This document shows positions 40,989 through 54,001 of a stretch of 64,000 nt of DNA, in pieces. Origin of the DNA: an uncultured delta proteobacterium (GTDB lineage: Bacteria > Desulfobacterota > Desulfuromonadia > Desulfuromonadales > JACZKF01); contig CAWFKQ010000016.1 in the NCBI GenBank assembly GCA_963816395.1, positions 416,001-480,000 on the forward strand, in the 5' to 3' direction. The stretch's first letter is position 1; each line of letters opens with the position of its first letter. The notes beneath the pieces were generated by a model that did no database searches, was not told where the DNA came from, and worked only from the letters and a program-made list of their open reading frames with translations. Made by a program: the position numbers and the translations under genes.

Positions 40989-41887
40989 TCAGCCCCCTAC
41001 GGCATTTTTCAGCCCGGCCGGTCGATACACCCGCAGCAAAGCCTCGGCCATCTCGGCGGGACTGGCCGCCATGCTGATGCCGCACTCCTGAAGGATCGCC
41101 GTTTTTTCCGCCGCCGTTCCCTTGCCGCCGGAGATAATGGCCCCGGCATGCCCCATGCGCTTGCCGGGAGGGGCCGTGCTGCCGGCGATGAAGGCCGCCA
41201 CCGGCTTGCTCATATGCTCCTTGACGAACCTGGCGGCTTCCTCCTCGGCGCTGCCGCCGATCTCCCCGATCATGATCACCGCTTCCGTGCCGGGGTCCTG
41301 TTCAAACAGCGCCAGGACATCGACAAAGTTGGTGCCGTTGACCGGGTCGCCGCCGATCCCCACACAGGTCGATTGGCCGATGTTGCGGCTGGTGAGCTGC
41401 CAGACCGCCTCATAGGTCAGCGTGCCGCTGCGCGAGACCACGCCGACCGGGCCGGGCTTGTGGATATAGCCGGGCATGATGCCGATCTTGCATTCCCCGG
41501 GCGTAATCACCCCCGGGCAGTTGGGGCCGACCAGGCGGGTCTTCTTGCCCCGCATGAAGTGCTTGACCCGGACCATGTCGAGCACCGGAATCCCCTCCGT
41601 GATGCAGCAGACCAGTTCGATCCCGGCATCGACCGCTTCCATGATGGCGTCGGCGGCGTGCGGGGGGGGACATAGATGACAGAAGCCGTGGCGCCAGTCT
41701 TCTGCACCGCCTCTTCAACGGTATCAAAGACGGGAAAACCGTCAATGGTGGTGCCCCCCTTGCCGGGCGTGACGCCGCCGACCATCTGCGTGCCGTAGTC
41801 GCGGGCGCCCTGCGCGTGAAAAATCCCGGTGGCGCCGGTGATCCCCTGGGTGATGACTTTTGTATTCTTATCGACCAGGATACTCAT
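40989..41887 (-). CDS. sucD: Succinyl-CoA synthetase alpha subunit; frameshift in G8 run 41662-41669
   Basis: [35 protein letters not shown]. Confidence 0.95.
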
Positions 41888-41929
41888 TGGTTTCTCCCTC
41901 AAAATGAGGGCCAAAGGCAAAAGTCATGT

Positions 41930-42013
41930 CTCACGCGACGCCGCAACGAACGCGACGAAAGTCAAAAACAAAAGCCTTGAGTTTTACGTCGCGTCGTCGC
42001 GTCGTTGCGTGAG
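41930..42013. repeat. Palindrome of CGCGACG-type units
   Basis: CTCACGCGACGCCGCAACGAACGCGACG ... CGTCGCGTCGTCGCGTCGTTGCGTGAG. Confidence 0.7.
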
Positions 42014-42063
42014 GCGCATTTGACTTTGACTTGACTGGACCGGGAACTTTGGACTCCCGCCGC

Positions 42064-43227
42064 TCAGGCGGCAACCGCCTTGACGATCTTCTCGGCAGCG
42101 TCGGCCATGCCATCGGCGGCAACGATGTTGAGGCCGCTCTCGGCCAGCATCTTCTTGCCTTTCTCGACATTGGTTCCCTCGAGCCGGACCACCAGCGGCA
42201 CCTGGATGCCGACCTGCTTGGCCGCCTCGATAACCCCGGTGGCGATGACGTCGCATTTCATGATGCCGCCGAAAATGTTGACCAGGATCCCCTTCACCTT
42301 TTCGTCGGAAAGGATGATCTTGAAAGCCTCGGTCACCCGCTCGATGGTGGCGCCGCCGCCCACATCCAGGAAGTTGGCCGGTGAACCGCCGGAGTATTTG
42401 ATGATGTCCATGGTCGCCATGGCCAGGCCGGCGCCATTGACCAGGCAACCGATGTTGCCGTCGAGGGAGATGTAGGAAAGATCATACTGGGAGGCTTCGA
42501 TCTCGTTGTGGTCCTCCTCATCGTAGTCACGCAGGTCGCGGATATTGCGGTGCCGGAAGAGGGCGTTGTCATCGAAACTCAACTTGGCGTCGAGGGCCAT
42601 CAGATTGCCCTCGGCGGTGACCACCAGGGGATTGACCTCGAGCAGCGCGCAGTCCGAGCCGACAAAGGCCTGGTAGAGGCCGCCCAGCAGCTTCACCGCC
42701 TGGTTCGCCAGCTTGCCGTCCAGGCCGAGCCGGAAAGCGACCTTGCGCCCCTGGAACGGAGTCAGCCCGACCAGCGGGTCGATCGGCTCCTTGAAGATCT
42801 TCTCCGGCGTGCTAGCGGCGACCTCCTCGATATCCATGCCCCCCTCGGTGGAGGCGATCAGCGTCACCTTGGAAGTGGCGCGGTCGACCACCAGGCTGAG
42901 GTAGAGCTCCCGGGCGATATTGCACCCCTTCTCCACCAGCACCCGCTTGACCACCTTGCCTTCCGGACCGGTCTGGTGCGTCACCAGGGTCATGCCGAGA
43001 ATCTGCCGGGCGATGTCCCGCACCTCACTGGGAGTTCTCGCCAGCTTGACGCCCCCTGCTTTGCCGCGGCCGCCGGCATGAATCTGGGCCTTTACCACCC
43101 ACGGCCCGTCGCCGAGGCGCTTGGCCATCTCGCGGGCACTGGCGCTGTTGTAGCAGACGTTCCCGTCGGGCACGGCAACGCCATAGCTCCTGAGAATCTC
43201 TTTGGCCTGGTACTCATGAATGTTCAT
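42064..43227 (-). CDS. sucC: Succinyl-CoA synthetase beta subunit
   Basis: [40 protein letters not shown]. Confidence 0.96.
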   Translation of the reverse strand: MNIHEYQAKEILRSYGVAVPDGNVCYNSASAREMAKRLGDGPWVVKAQIHAGGRGKAGGVKLARTPSEVRDIARQILGMTLVTHQTGPEGKVVKRVLVEKGCNIARELYLSLVVDRATSKVTLIASTEGGMDIEEVAASTPEKIFKEPIDPLVGLTPFQGRKVAFRLGLDGKLANQAVKLLGGLYQAFVGSDCALLEVNPLVVTAEGNLMALDAKLSFDDNALFRHRNIRDLRDYDEEDHNEIEASQYDLSYISLDGNIGCLVNGAGLAMATMDIIKYSGGSPANFLDVGGGATIERVTEAFKIILSDEKVKGILVNIFGGIMKCDVIATGVIEAAKQVGIQVPLVVRLEGTNVEKGKKMLAESGLNIVAADGMADAAEKIVKAVAA

Positions 43228-43270
43228 CGACTTCCTCCAACAGGACAGAAAAACCGGTTTCGACTGACGT

Positions 43271-44188
43271 TCAGCGACAGCTCACTTTTTCCGTCAGGAC
43301 CGGCAACAGCTGTTTCAGATCGGCCACCGCCAGCACGTCGGCCACCTCGCCGATGGGAGCATCCCGATCGGTGTTGATGGCAATGACGAACTCGGACTTC
43401 TTCATCCCGGCCAGGTGCTGCACCGCCCCGGAGATGCCGCAGGCCATGTACAGCTTCGGCGACACGGTCTGGCCGGTGCTGCCGACCTGGCGGTCGTGGG
43501 GAGCCCAACCGGCATCGACGACCGGGCGGCTGGCGGCGTATTCGCCCCTCAGCGCCTGCGCCAGCTTCTCCACCAGCACGATCTGGTCCGGTTTGCCGAT
43601 ACCCCGGCCGGCACTGACGATGATCTCCGCCCTGGTCAGATCGACTCCGCCTTTCTCGGCCATTTCATAGCCGATGAACTCGACGCTGCCGGTCCCCTGG
43701 ATCTGCACCGCTTCGACTTGCGGCGTGCCGGCCGGTGCCTCCTCGGCGGCAAACGCTCCCGGCTGTACAGTGATCACGCTGAGCGGGGTGGCCGTTCGCA
43801 CCCGGCGGCGCAGCTTGGCATTGCAGGCGGGCACGAGGAAGGCGCCATCTTCGATGGCCAGCACTTCCGAGATCTGCCCCGCATCCAGGGCGAAGGCCAG
43901 CCGGGGAGCGAGATCCCAGCCGTAGGAGCTGTGGGCGAAGACCACCGCTTCCGGTTTCTCCCGGGCGACGATGTCCAGCAGCAGATCCCGGTGCGTTTCC
44001 GGATTGTATTCGCCGGCCTTGTCGGCCGCGGCCAGGTAGACCCGGCCATCGAAACGGGGCAGCTGATCTTCGCTGCCGACCAGAAAGATAGCCGCTTCGG
44101 CCCCGAGCGTCCGGGCGAAAGTGACCAGTTCGTAGGTGGTGTCGAGCAGCTTGCCTTCTCTGGATTCTCCAACAAGCAGAAGTTTCAT
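43271..44188 (-). CDS. etfA: Electron transfer flavoprotein alpha subunit
   Basis: [33 protein letters not shown]. Confidence 0.93.
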   Translation of the reverse strand: MKLLLVGESREGKLLDTTYELVTFARTLGAEAAIFLVGSEDQLPRFDGRVYLAAADKAGEYNPETHRDLLLDIVAREKPEAVVFAHSSYGWDLAPRLAFALDAGQISEVLAIEDGAFLVPACNAKLRRRVRTATPLSVITVQPGAFAAEEAPAGTPQVEAVQIQGTGSVEFIGYEMAEKGGVDLTRAEIIVSAGRGIGKPDQIVLVEKLAQALRGEYAASRPVVDAGWAPHDRQVGSTGQTVSPKLYMACGISGAVQHLAGMKKSEFVIAINTDRDAPIGEVADVLAVADLKQLLPVLTEKVSCR

Positions 44189-44198
44189 CGGTTTCTCC

Positions 44199-44975
<777 letters not shown>

Positions 44976-45030
44976 TGGTGACCTCCGTTTGGATGAATTG
45001 GAGAATATTTTTGCCTTCAGGGGTTTTCGG

Positions 45031-47017
45031 TTACAGCCTCTCAGCCAGGATCTCAGCGATATCCCGGGGCGCCAGATGTTCCTCGAGTGCCGCCCCCTTG
45101 ATGCCGTCCTCGAACATGGTCAGGCAGAAGGGGCAATTGGAGATCAGGGTAGGGGCGCCGGTAGCGGCGGCCATGCCGGCCCGGGTCTCGCTGATGCGGC
45201 TGCCGAGTTTTTCCTCGGCCAGTATGCGGCCGCCGCCGGCGCCGCAGCAGAAGCTCTCTGCCTGGCTGCGCTCCATCTCGCGGATGTTGGCGCCGGCCGC
45301 CGCGAGCAGGGCGCGGGGTTCCCGGTAGATGTCGTTGTGGCGGCCGAGATAGCAGGAGTCGTGATAGGTGCAGTCGAAATTCTGCGCGTTAAGCCGCAGC
45401 CGCCCGTCCTGCAGCAGGCCGTGCAGGAAGGTGGTGTAGTGCTCGGTTTCCACCTCGAAGCCCAGATCCCGGTAATCCTTGGCCAGGGTATTGAAGCAGT
45501 GCGGGCAGGCGGTGACGACTTTCTTGATGCCGTAGCCCTTGATGGTCTCGATGTTTTCGCTGGCCAGGGCCTGGTAAAGGTATTCGTTGCCGAGCTTGCG
45601 CATCGGCTCGCCGCAGCACTTCTCCTCCTTGCCGAGGATGCCGACCCGGACGCCGGCGGCGGCGCAGAGCTGAATGAAGCTTTTGGCAACCTTGATGTTG
45701 CGCTTGTCGAAGGAGGCGTAGCAGCCGACGAAATAGAGGATGTCCACCTCTTCGCCATCCTCCATGCGGCTGACCGGCAGCCCTTCGGCCCAGTCGCCGC
45801 GGGCGGCGAAGGCCATGCCCAGGGGATTGCCGTTGACTTCGGCGTTGTTCATCGCCGTCATGACCTCTTCCCCGGGGAATTCGCCTTCCATCAGCACCAG
45901 GTTGCGGCGCATATCGACGATCTTGCCCACATGTTCGATGGACGCCGGGCAGATTTCCTGGCAGGCCCGGCAGGTGGTGCACGACCACAACACGTCCTGG
46001 CCGACCTTTTCGATGAGCCCGGTCTCCGGGGCGGTGAAGGCCACCTCCCCCAGCTGGTTGACGACCTTCATCGGCGACAGCGGTTTGTCCGTCGCGAAGG
46101 CGGGGCAGCGGTCCTGGCAGCGCTTGCACAGGGTGCAGGCATCGGCGTCGAAGATGTCTTTCCAGGTCAGGTCCTTCAGATGCGCCGCGCCGAAACTCTC
46201 GGCCTCTTCGTTCTCCATGTCGAGGGTGACCAGGGCGCCTTTGGGACCGCGGTCGGCGAATAGGTAATTGGCGCTGGTGGTGAAGATGTGGCGGAACTTG
46301 GTAAAGGGGATGGCGACGATGAACCCGATGCCCAGGGCGAAATGCCCCCACCAGAGGGAGGCGTGCAGGGTGCGCAGGGCATCGCTTCCCATGCCGGTAA
46401 AGGCCTTGGCCACCAGCAGTCCGACCGGCGACCAGACCGCCAGGTCCATGCGCGCCGGTACTTCCGTCACCGCCATTCGGGCGCCCTCGATGAGAAAGCC
46501 GGTCACCAGGATGGCGAAGAGCAGGCTATGCATGAGGACGTCGTCGCGGCGGTTCTCGAGCCCCTTCGGTCGCACCAGGTAGCGGCGCACCAGCAGCCCG
46601 AGCAGCATGAGAATGGCTACCGCCCCCGCCAGGTCCAGAACCAGGGAGAAGATCTTGTAGAAGTTCCCCTTGAGGAATTGGACGCCGAACAGCAGGTCGG
46701 TGAAGTCGGCCTGCAGGGCGACCAGGCAGGTGCCGATGAAGAGCAGAGCAAAGCCCCAGAAGAAGAGGCCGTGGGCAGAGCCCGGCCCTCGTGACCCGCA
46801 GCACTTTGCGCTGCAGCAGGATGTTCCTGCACATATCGGCCACCCGGGCGGGCAGGTTGTCGGTCCGGTTCAGGGGTTTCCCCTGCCGGTAGACCTTGAC
46901 TCTCTGCAGAAATCCCCAGAGCAGCACACCCAGGGCGGCGGCGGCGAAGGCGTACATGGGAACGAGCACTATTGCGCCGTGGCCGATGTTCCAGTAGAGT
47001 TCGCGTGAAAATTCCAT
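45031..47017 (-). CDS. Membrane Fe-S oxidoreductase (NarI-like TM + 2x[4Fe-4S] + CCG domains), probable ETF:menaquinone oxidoreductase; frameshift at ~46780
   Basis: TM helices with His, CTLCKRCQDRCP, CTTCRACQEICP, CCG and YHDSC..CCGAGGG; adjacent to etfBA. Confidence 0.85.
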
Positions 47018-47038
47018 GTCCTGCTCTCTCTGTCGGGT

Positions 47039-47887
47039 CTATTCGTAGATGTAAAAACCCCTGCCGCTCTTGCGTCCGTAGAAGCCGGCCTCGACCATCT
47101 TGACCAGCAGCGGGCAGGGGCGATACTTGGGATCGCGGAAACTGTCGTAAAGTACTTCCATGATGGCCAGGCAGGTATCCAGGCCGATGAAGTCGGCCAG
47201 GGTCAGGGGGCCCATCGGCTGGTTAGTGCCGAGTTTCATCCCCTTGTCGATATCCTCGGCGTTCGCCACCCCTTCAAACAGGGCGAAGGCGGCCTCGTTG
47301 ATCATCGGGATGAGGATGCGGTTGACGATAAACCCGGGGTAGTCGGCGGCTACCGCCATCTCCTTGCCGAGCCTGCCGATCAGGGTGGTGGTCGTCTGAA
47401 AGGTCTCCTCGCTGGTGGCCAGGCCGCGGATCACCTCCACCAGGTTCATGACCGGCACGGGATTCATGAAATGCAGGCCGATGACTTTATCCGGCCGGCC
47501 GGTCACCGCGGCAATGCGCGTAATCGGTATCGAAGAGGTGTTGGAAGCCAGGATCGCCTCCTTGCCGACGATCCCGTCGAGTTTGCGGAAGATCTCGAGC
47601 TTGAGCGCCTCTTTTTCGGTGACCGCCTCGATGCACAGCTCGCAGTCGGCGAGATCCTCCATCGCCTGCGTGGTCCGGATCCGCCCGAGGATGGCCGGGA
47701 TGGCGGCGGCATCGAGCAGTCCCTTCTTGGCCTGGCGCTCCAGGTTCTTGCCGATGCCGGCGAGCGCCTTCTCCAACTGCGCGCCCGCGATATCGAAGAG
47801 CACGACTTCCAGTTCATTCTGGGCCAGCACATGGGCAATGCCGCTTCCCATCTGTCCGGCACCGAGTACCCCGATTTTCTTCAGCAT
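47039..47887 (-). CDS. hbd: 3-hydroxybutyryl-CoA dehydrogenase
   Basis: [35 protein letters not shown]. Confidence 0.9.
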   Translation of the reverse strand: MLKKIGVLGAGQMGSGIAHVLAQNELEVVLFDIAGAQLEKALAGIGKNLERQAKKGLLDAAAIPAILGRIRTTQAMEDLADCELCIEAVTEKEALKLEIFRKLDGIVGKEAILASNTSSIPITRIAAVTGRPDKVIGLHFMNPVPVMNLVEVIRGLATSEETFQTTTTLIGRLGKEMAVAADYPGFIVNRILIPMINEAAFALFEGVANAEDIDKGMKLGTNQPMGPLTLADFIGLDTCLAIMEVLYDSFRDPKYRPCPLLVKMVEAGFYGRKSGRGFYIYE

Positions 47888-47980
47888 AAAATTCCTCCTG
47901 GTTGGTCGTTCCACAAATCCATATCGCTTGTGGGGAGCGGCTTCAGCCGCAATGCTTCCGCAAAGTGCTCCCATGCTCTC

Positions 47981-49156
47981 CTAGACGCGTTCGAAAATGA
48001 CCGCCACGGCCTCGCCGCCACCGATGCACAAGGTGGCCAGCCCATAGCGAGCCTGACGTTTCTGCATCTCCCGCACCAGGGTGGCGGTCAGGCGGGCGCC
48101 GCTCGCTCCCAGGGGATGGCCGATGGCGACCGCACCGCCGTTGACGTTGACCTTCTCCGGGTCGAGCCCCAGCTTGCGGATGGCGAGCAGGGTGACGGCC
48201 GCAAAGGCCTCATTGATCTCAAACAGGTCGATATCGCCGATGGCCAGCCCGGCGCGGGCGCAGGCCTGTTCGATGGCGCCGACCGGGGCCTCGGTGAACA
48301 GATCGGGGTGCAGGCTGTTGGAAGCGTAGGCGACCAGCCGGGCCTTGGGCTTGAGGCGGTATTTTTCGACGGCCTCGGCGCTGGCGAGGATGCTGAGACC
48401 CGCCCCGTCGTTGATGGTCGAGGCGTTGCCGGCGGTGACGGTCCCGTCCTTTCTGAAGGCGGGGCGCAGCCCTGGAAGTTTGTCGAAATCGACCTTGAAG
48501 GGCTCCTCGTCTTCGGCGATCACCACCTCGCCCTTGCGGGTCTGCTTCACCACGGGAACGATTTCCGCCTGAAAGATCTTCTCCCGGATGGCCTCCTGGG
48601 CTCGGCGATAGGAGCGCAGGGCGAAGGCGTCCTGCTCCTCGCGGGTCAGCCCGTGCTTCTGTGCCGTGGCCTCGGCGATCACTCCCATGTGATTGCCGCT
48701 GTAGGGGTCCTGCAGGCCGTCATGGACCATCAGGTCGATCAGCTCGCCGTTACCCATCCGATAGCCGTAGCGTGCCTGCTTGAGTGCATACGGCGCCTGC
48801 GACATGTTTTCCATCCCGCCGGCGATCACTACCGAGGCGTCGCGGAGCCGGATGGAACCGGCGCCGAGCATCAGGGCCTTGAGACCGCTGCCGCACACCT
48901 TGTTGATGGTCATGGCGGGGACGCTATCGGGCAGCCCGGCATAGCGCATGGCCTGGCGGGCCGGCGCCTGGGCCGAGCCGCCGGCGAGGACCTGGCCGAC
49001 GATCACCTCGTCCACTGCTTCGGCCGGCAGCCCGGAACGCTCAAGAAGACCTTGAATGACGGCGGCCGCCAGGCGCGGCGCCTCCACATCGGCGAGCGCC
49101 CCACCGAAGGACCCCTGAGGGGTGCGCAGCGATTCGACTACATAGACATCTTTCAT
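47981..49156 (-). CDS. Acetyl-CoA acetyltransferase (thiolase)
   Basis: [25 protein letters not shown]. Confidence 0.93.
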   Translation of the reverse strand: MKDVYVVESLRTPQGSFGGALADVEAPRLAAAVIQGLLERSGLPAEAVDEVIVGQVLAGGSAQAPARQAMRYAGLPDSVPAMTINKVCGSGLKALMLGAGSIRLRDASVVIAGGMENMSQAPYALKQARYGYRMGNGELIDLMVHDGLQDPYSGNHMGVIAEATAQKHGLTREEQDAFALRSYRRAQEAIREKIFQAEIVPVVKQTRKGEVVIAEDEEPFKVDFDKLPGLRPAFRKDGTVTAGNASTINDGAGLSILASAEAVEKYRLKPKARLVAYASNSLHPDLFTEAPVGAIEQACARAGLAIGDIDLFEINEAFAAVTLLAIRKLGLDPEKVNVNGGAVAIGHPLGASGARLTATLVREMQKRQARYGLATLCIGGGEAVAVIFERV

Positions 49157-49188
49157 GACCGTTCTCCCGACAATCTGAGTGAGATAGG

Positions 49189-49335
49189 GAGGTAGTGAGA
49201 CAGTGAGGCAGTAAACAAACTACTTACTATCTCACTACTGGCTACCTCACTGGGTTAATCTCTTCGGTGTGAGATAGTGAGGTGGTGAGATAGTGAAAAG
49301 AACTACTTACTACCTCACTACTGGCTACCTCACTG
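49189..49335. repeat. Tandem pair of octamer-repeat palindromes (AGTGAGRY / CTCACT)
   Basis: GGTAGTGAGACAGTGAGGCAGT...ACTATCTCACTACTGGCTACCTCACTG occurs twice as near-identical ~70-bp units. Confidence 0.75.
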
Positions 49336-50169
49336 ATTTTTTGGCAGCTGACCGCGCTTGACCAGCTTTTCGTAACGGAACGCTCCCCACAGGGCGGCGC
49401 CGATGGCGCCGGCAAACATGGAATCGGGGTGCGAGGCGATCTGCGTCCCCAACTTCTGCTTTTCCATCGTGTCCTGGATGGCTTTGACCAGGCCGGTGTC
49501 GAGCGCCAGGCCGCCGGTCATCATCACCACCCCCTGGGCGCCGATGGACTTGAGCAGCTTGACCAGGCGGTCGGCCATCGACTCATGGATGCCGCGCAGG
49601 ATGTCGCTGGGCGGGATCGAGCGGGAAACCATGTTGATGACGTCGGTCTCGGCGAGCACGGCGCAGATGCTGCTGACCGGCTCCGGTTTGGTGGATTGCT
49701 GCGAAAGTTCGCCGATCTCGTCCTGCGCGATGCCCAGGTAGCGGGCGATATTTTCGAGAAACTGGCCGGAGCCCGAGGCGCACTGGCTGGTCATGCGGTA
49801 GTTGAGCACCTTCCCCTGGGGATCGATGTTAATGGCGCGACCATTCAGGGCGCCGATATCGAGCACCGCCCGGGCCTTGGGGTTGAGGTAAAGTGCCCCG
49901 CGGGCATGCGTCGTCATGGAATAGAAATGCCCGGTGGCGCTCTTGACGCTCTCCCCCTCGCCGGTGGTGGCGACGTAATTGACCTGCTGGCGCTTGACCC
50001 CGGCTTTTTCCAGCACGTATTCGATCGACTCATCGACCAGCTTGTAAGGGTCGCGCTGGCGGATGCGCGCGTCCCAGCGCGCCAGCCATTGATTTTTATT
50101 GTCTTCCACCCCGAACAGCGCGGTCTTGATCACGCCGGAGCCGACGTCGATGCCAATGGAAAGGGTCAT
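49330..50169 (-). CDS. bcrD: Class I benzoyl-CoA reductase subunit D (ASKHA ATPase)
   Basis: IGIDVGSG, TTGEGE, HFYSMTTHARGA, MTSQCASGSGQFLE, SSICAVLAETD. Confidence 0.9.
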   Translation of the reverse strand: MTLSIGIDVGSGVIKTALFGVEDNKNQWLARWDARIRQRDPYKLVDESIEYVLEKAGVKRQQVNYVATTGEGESVKSATGHFYSMTTHARGALYLNPKARAVLDIGALNGRAINIDPQGKVLNYRMTSQCASGSGQFLENIARYLGIAQDEIGELSQQSTKPEPVSSICAVLAETDVINMVSRSIPPSDILRGIHESMADRLVKLLKSIGAQGVVMMTGGLALDTGLVKAIQDTMEKQKLGTQIASHPDSMFAGAIGAALWGAFRYEKLVKRGQLPKNQ

Positions 50170-50183
50170 GCTCTCTCTCCTTC

Positions 50184-51488
50184 CTAGTTGATGACAGCCC
50201 GATGGGCGAAGCTCGCGCCACCGAGAGCACCGGTGAAGATCGATTCGGCACTGATGTTGATGGTGACCTCGCCGTAGTTCTCCCGGATCAGCGTGCGCAG
50301 TTCTTTCACGGCGGCCTCGTTCTTGGCGACCCCGCCGGTGAAGGTGAACTGGTCGGTGACGCCGCCGGAGCGGGAGATGATCGACATGGCGCGCAGCATG
50401 ATCGCCCGGTGCAGACCGGCGAGGATGTCGGCACGCGACTCGCCCAGGGCCAGTCGGTCGCGCAGCTCGGCGCCGGCGAAGACGGTGCAGGTAGAATTGA
50501 TCCGGGTGGTTTTGGTGGCCTTCATGGCGATGGGGCCGAGCTCGTGCAGACCGATCTTCATCTCGTCGGCGATATAACCGAGGTAGCGGCCACAGCCGGC
50601 GGCGCAGCGGTCGTTCATCTGGAAGTTGGTGACGATGCCGTTCTCGTCCACCTGGATTCCCTTGGTGTCCTGGCCGCCGATATCGAGCACGGTGCGGGTG
50701 TCGGGAAACATCATGTGGGCCCCGAGCCCGTGGCAGAGGATCTCGGAGCGGATGTGCTCCTTGGGGAAGGGCAGGCGGACCCGGCCGTAGCCGGTGCCGA
50801 CCACGTAGGTTTCCTCCAGCTCGTAATCGAGTACCTTCTTCAGGGCGGCCTGGGCGGCGGCCTGGCTGACCTCCGCCCCCTGGACCTGCTGCAGGGCACG
50901 CGACAGGCCATTCAGGAGTTGCCGGGCGACCATCTCGTCCGTGGAGACCATGCTCTCGATGTCGATGATCGACTTGTCGTAGATGTTGAGCAGGGCATCG
51001 AAGCTGACGCCGGCCTCCTTGCCGATCGTCTCGGCAAGGTTCATGAAGCGGGAGCCGGCGATGTCGCGGAAGAAGTCCGATTTGCGCTCGGCGCCAGGAG
51101 CATAAATCTCGGGGGCTTCGGTTTCGATTCTGGCGAAGACGGCATCCAGGGCCTGCCCGAGGGCGCCTTTCATCTCTTTGAAGCGCGGATGGTCGAGATA
51201 TCTGTCGCTGGTCTCCTTGAGCTGACTGAGCTCGGCAAGGAACTGCTCCAGGCGAAAATTGCGCTCCAGGTCGGCCATCAGCAGTTCGGCGGCGCCACCG
51301 GAGCCCAGTGCCTGCTTGAAAAGGGTGAAGCGGGCGGCGATCTTGGCTTCCTGCTTGGACACCGTGGCCGCCACATCGTAATTGGAGCGGGAATTGGTGA
51401 TGCCGCGGCCCAGGATCGTGCGGTTCTCGTCCATCAGCACCGCCTTGGTGGTGGTGGATCCCAGGTCGATTCCGATAAATGTGCGCAT
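50184..51488 (-). CDS. bcrA: Class I benzoyl-CoA reductase subunit A (ASKHA ATPase)
   Basis: [45 protein letters not shown]; 434 aa with the long insertion typical of Thauera-type BcrA. Confidence 0.9.
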   Translation of the reverse strand: MRTFIGIDLGSTTTKAVLMDENRTILGRGITNSRSNYDVAATVSKQEAKIAARFTLFKQALGSGGAAELLMADLERNFRLEQFLAELSQLKETSDRYLDHPRFKEMKGALGQALDAVFARIETEAPEIYAPGAERKSDFFRDIAGSRFMNLAETIGKEAGVSFDALLNIYDKSIIDIESMVSTDEMVARQLLNGLSRALQQVQGAEVSQAAAQAALKKVLDYELEETYVVGTGYGRVRLPFPKEHIRSEILCHGLGAHMMFPDTRTVLDIGGQDTKGIQVDENGIVTNFQMNDRCAAGCGRYLGYIADEMKIGLHELGPIAMKATKTTRINSTCTVFAGAELRDRLALGESRADILAGLHRAIMLRAMSIISRSGGVTDQFTFTGGVAKNEAAVKELRTLIRENYGEVTINISAESIFTGALGGASFAHRAVIN

Positions 51489-51500
51489 GGCCGGCCTCCC

Positions 51501-52787
51501 TTAAGCGGCTACGGTGGCAGAGCCGCCGGAGCGGCGCTTCTGGTCGATCATCTGGAAGTAGCTCTCCAGACGGTTCTTGACGTTGGCCGCCGAGAAGTAG
51601 CGCGGATCGACCAGGTCGGTTTCGATGAAAGCGCCCGGCTTGCCGGTCAGCTTCTCGACCTCACGCATCATCACCAGCTGACCGGCGGAAAAGCTGTTGC
51701 AGCTCTTGATGGAGTTGATCAGAAGACCGTCGGCCTCGTATTCCTTGATATTGCGCGCCAGCATGTCAACCCGGGTCGGCAGGTTGCGGTTGGTGTAGAC
51801 ACCCAGGCAGTAGTCGGCCAGGCTCTCCAGCGGATGGTCCGGGTCGTGACGGAAGTTGTCGTAGTCGTAGACCCCGCCGACCTTGGTGTAGGTGCTGGCG
51901 ACGACCACGGCGCCAGCCTCGTAGAACATCTGCCAGAAGTCGCGGAAGCTGGTCCAGTTCGGCGGGCCTTCGACCACCAGCCGGTAGTTCTCCTCGGCCA
52001 TGTCCCCTTCCGGGGTCTGGGCACCCAGTCCCAGGTCGATCCGCTCCTGGATTTCCTGGCGCAGCAGCTGGTAATAGGTGATGGCCTCATCGGTGCCGCG
52101 GAAGGCGGTGAAGATCGGTCCCATGTAGTAGACGCCGCCGAAATAGCAGTCAATGGGGGACGGCTTGTGTTTGGACTGCTCGAGCATCCACACCAGGTCG
52201 TTCTCGGCGATCGCCGATTTGCGCAGATACTCGCGCAGGCGATCGATGTCGAACTTGATCCCGGAGACCTTTTCCAGGGTGGGGATGACCTCCTCCTTGA
52301 GCTGCTTGACGATATAATCGCGCATGTTCCTGGTCGGCTTGCCGTCGGCGGAATAGGGGACGTGCAGCATCACCGTCGGGCAGTTGTACTGCTCGCGCAG
52401 CAGTTCGAACCACTTGAGGAAAGTGAAGCAGCCGGTATAGGAGAGCAGCAGCAGGTCCGGGTCGGGAAACGGCTTGCCGTTGGGGGCGATGTTCCCCTTG
52501 GCCATCATCCCGAGGTCCGCCTTGACATAGGTACACACGTCCTCGGAGTGCCCGGAGCGTTCGGCTTCGATGATCATCTCGCCGGATTTCTTGCGCATGG
52601 CATTCTGGATGGCGTTGATCTCCGGCAGGTTGTTGGCGATATCGAAACACATGAGCAATTCATTGAGGTTGCCGGGCACGAAGGTGGAAGAGACCTTGAC
52701 CTTGCCGCTGGTGATCTTGTCATAGTTGCGGCCGATCATCTCCTTCTGCAGTACCTGCGAATGAGACTTTATAATGTCCTGGCTCAT
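51501..52787 (-). CDS. bcrB: Class I benzoyl-CoA reductase subunit B
   Basis: TFVPGNLNEL, GHSEDVCTYVKAD, SYTGCFTFLKWFE, NSIKSCNSFSAGQL, ETDLVDPRYFS. Confidence 0.9.
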   Translation of the reverse strand: MSQDIIKSHSQVLQKEMIGRNYDKITSGKVKVSSTFVPGNLNELLMCFDIANNLPEINAIQNAMRKKSGEMIIEAERSGHSEDVCTYVKADLGMMAKGNIAPNGKPFPDPDLLLLSYTGCFTFLKWFELLREQYNCPTVMLHVPYSADGKPTRNMRDYIVKQLKEEVIPTLEKVSGIKFDIDRLREYLRKSAIAENDLVWMLEQSKHKPSPIDCYFGGVYYMGPIFTAFRGTDEAITYYQLLRQEIQERIDLGLGAQTPEGDMAEENYRLVVEGPPNWTSFRDFWQMFYEAGAVVVASTYTKVGGVYDYDNFRHDPDHPLESLADYCLGVYTNRNLPTRVDMLARNIKEYEADGLLINSIKSCNSFSAGQLVMMREVEKLTGKPGAFIETDLVDPRYFSAANVKNRLESYFQMIDQKRRSGGSATVAA

Positions 52788-53959
52788 GCTTCACTCCATA
52801 ATTTGATGGAATCGGCGAAGGTGCCGGCCTGCTCGCGGATCGGCTGCATCTGTCCCGAGTTCTCGGCGTACTGCATGGTGATGTAGGGAATCTTGTGCGC
52901 CTTGAGACGGGTGACCAGCATGGGCTGGTCGAGAAGTGCCGGATCGCAGAAACTCGGCGCCGCGAAAATGACGCCGTCGGCGCGCCGCTTGCGAATATTG
53001 CCGAGCAGGTAATTCCCTTTGGCTTCGATGTCGACCTCGAATTTGGCGGCCGTCTCGGCGCTGTGGTGCAGGAACGCCAGCGCCAGATTCTCGATCGGGT
53101 CGCCGCTCGTCGGCACATCTTCCAGCAGCCAGCGGGTGACCAGCATGAAATCGTCATCAACGATGTAGCAGCCGGCCATCTCCAGCGATTTGATCAGGTT
53201 GAGCGGCGGTTGCTCGCAGAAGGCGCCGGTCAGGGCGACCCGGCAGTTGTCGCGCATCGGCCGGTTCTCCGCCTCGGCGGCGGCAAGGTAGTCCTGCATC
53301 AGCTGAGTGTGCTCCTCGACGGGGAGCACCATGCCGGCCCGCATCAGCAGATAGACCTCGGCCGAGGGCGCTTTCCAGGGCTGCTCGGCGCGGAAATCGT
53401 AGACCTTGTTCACCCACCGGCGATTTTCATTATACACCGCGGTGGAGTTGCGGATATCCTCGTCGGTGATTTCGCGCCCGCCGAGTTTTTCCAGCCCTTC
53501 CTTGAACTCACGCAGTTCGTTGGCGTAGAAAACGCCGCCGACTTCGTCCTTATAGTTCTGCGGCACATCAAAGTAGCGCACGTACTTGTCCTTGAACATC
53601 AGCTGCCAGATGCCGCTCAGGTTGCGGATGACGTCGCAGATGGAGGGGAACATCATGCCGTCGACAAAGTCGAGCCTGCCGGTGATCGCCAGCTCGATGG
53701 TCGAACGCGGAATGCGGCAGATATAGCTCTGGTAAAAGGCGTCGCCGTGGATCACCTCCATGTCGGCGCCGCCGCCCAGAATGCCGAGCGGCAGCATGCC
53801 GGCGGCATGGATGATCTCACGCGGCACATAGACGGGCATGTAGCCGATGACCTTGCGCCCGGGCGCGGCCGCTTTCCATTCACGCGCCTTGCTGAAATCG
53901 AGATCCTCAAAGATGGACTGACAGAGCTCGACGATCTCTTTGACCGATTTTTTACTCAT
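52784..53959 (-). CDS. bcrC: Class I benzoyl-CoA reductase subunit C
   Basis: PVYVPREIIHAAG, GDAFYQSYICRIPRS, PSICDVIRNLSG, FCEQPP, SFCDPALL. Confidence 0.9.
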   Translation of the reverse strand: MSKKSVKEIVELCQSIFEDLDFSKAREWKAAAPGRKVIGYMPVYVPREIIHAAGMLPLGILGGGADMEVIHGDAFYQSYICRIPRSTIELAITGRLDFVDGMMFPSICDVIRNLSGIWQLMFKDKYVRYFDVPQNYKDEVGGVFYANELREFKEGLEKLGGREITDEDIRNSTAVYNENRRWVNKVYDFRAEQPWKAPSAEVYLLMRAGMVLPVEEHTQLMQDYLAAAEAENRPMRDNCRVALTGAFCEQPPLNLIKSLEMAGCYIVDDDFMLVTRWLLEDVPTSGDPIENLALAFLHHSAETAAKFEVDIEAKGNYLLGNIRKRRADGVIFAAPSFCDPALLDQPMLVTRLKAHKIPYITMQYAENSGQMQPIREQAGTFADSIKLWSEA

Positions 53960-54001
53960 GAAATCTCTCCTCATTCGATAAACCGAGATCGTCCCTGATC
54001 C

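Noticed and set aside
41662..41669. G8 tract in sucD as a phase-variation or programmed frameshift site
   Set aside because: This is a conserved metabolic gene, and a homopolymer one base short is the typical long-read error seen throughout the window.
49189..49335. Possible CRISPR or mini-array
   Set aside because: Only two units made of internal octamers, with no unique spacers and no cas genes.
49330..53959. Alternative call as 2-hydroxyglutaryl-CoA dehydratase plus activator (given the nearby gcd genes)
   Set aside because: There are two distinct ATPase subunits (434 and 279 aa) in C-B-A-D order with Bcr-type motifs, adjacent to oah. This fits class I BCR rather than HgdCAB.
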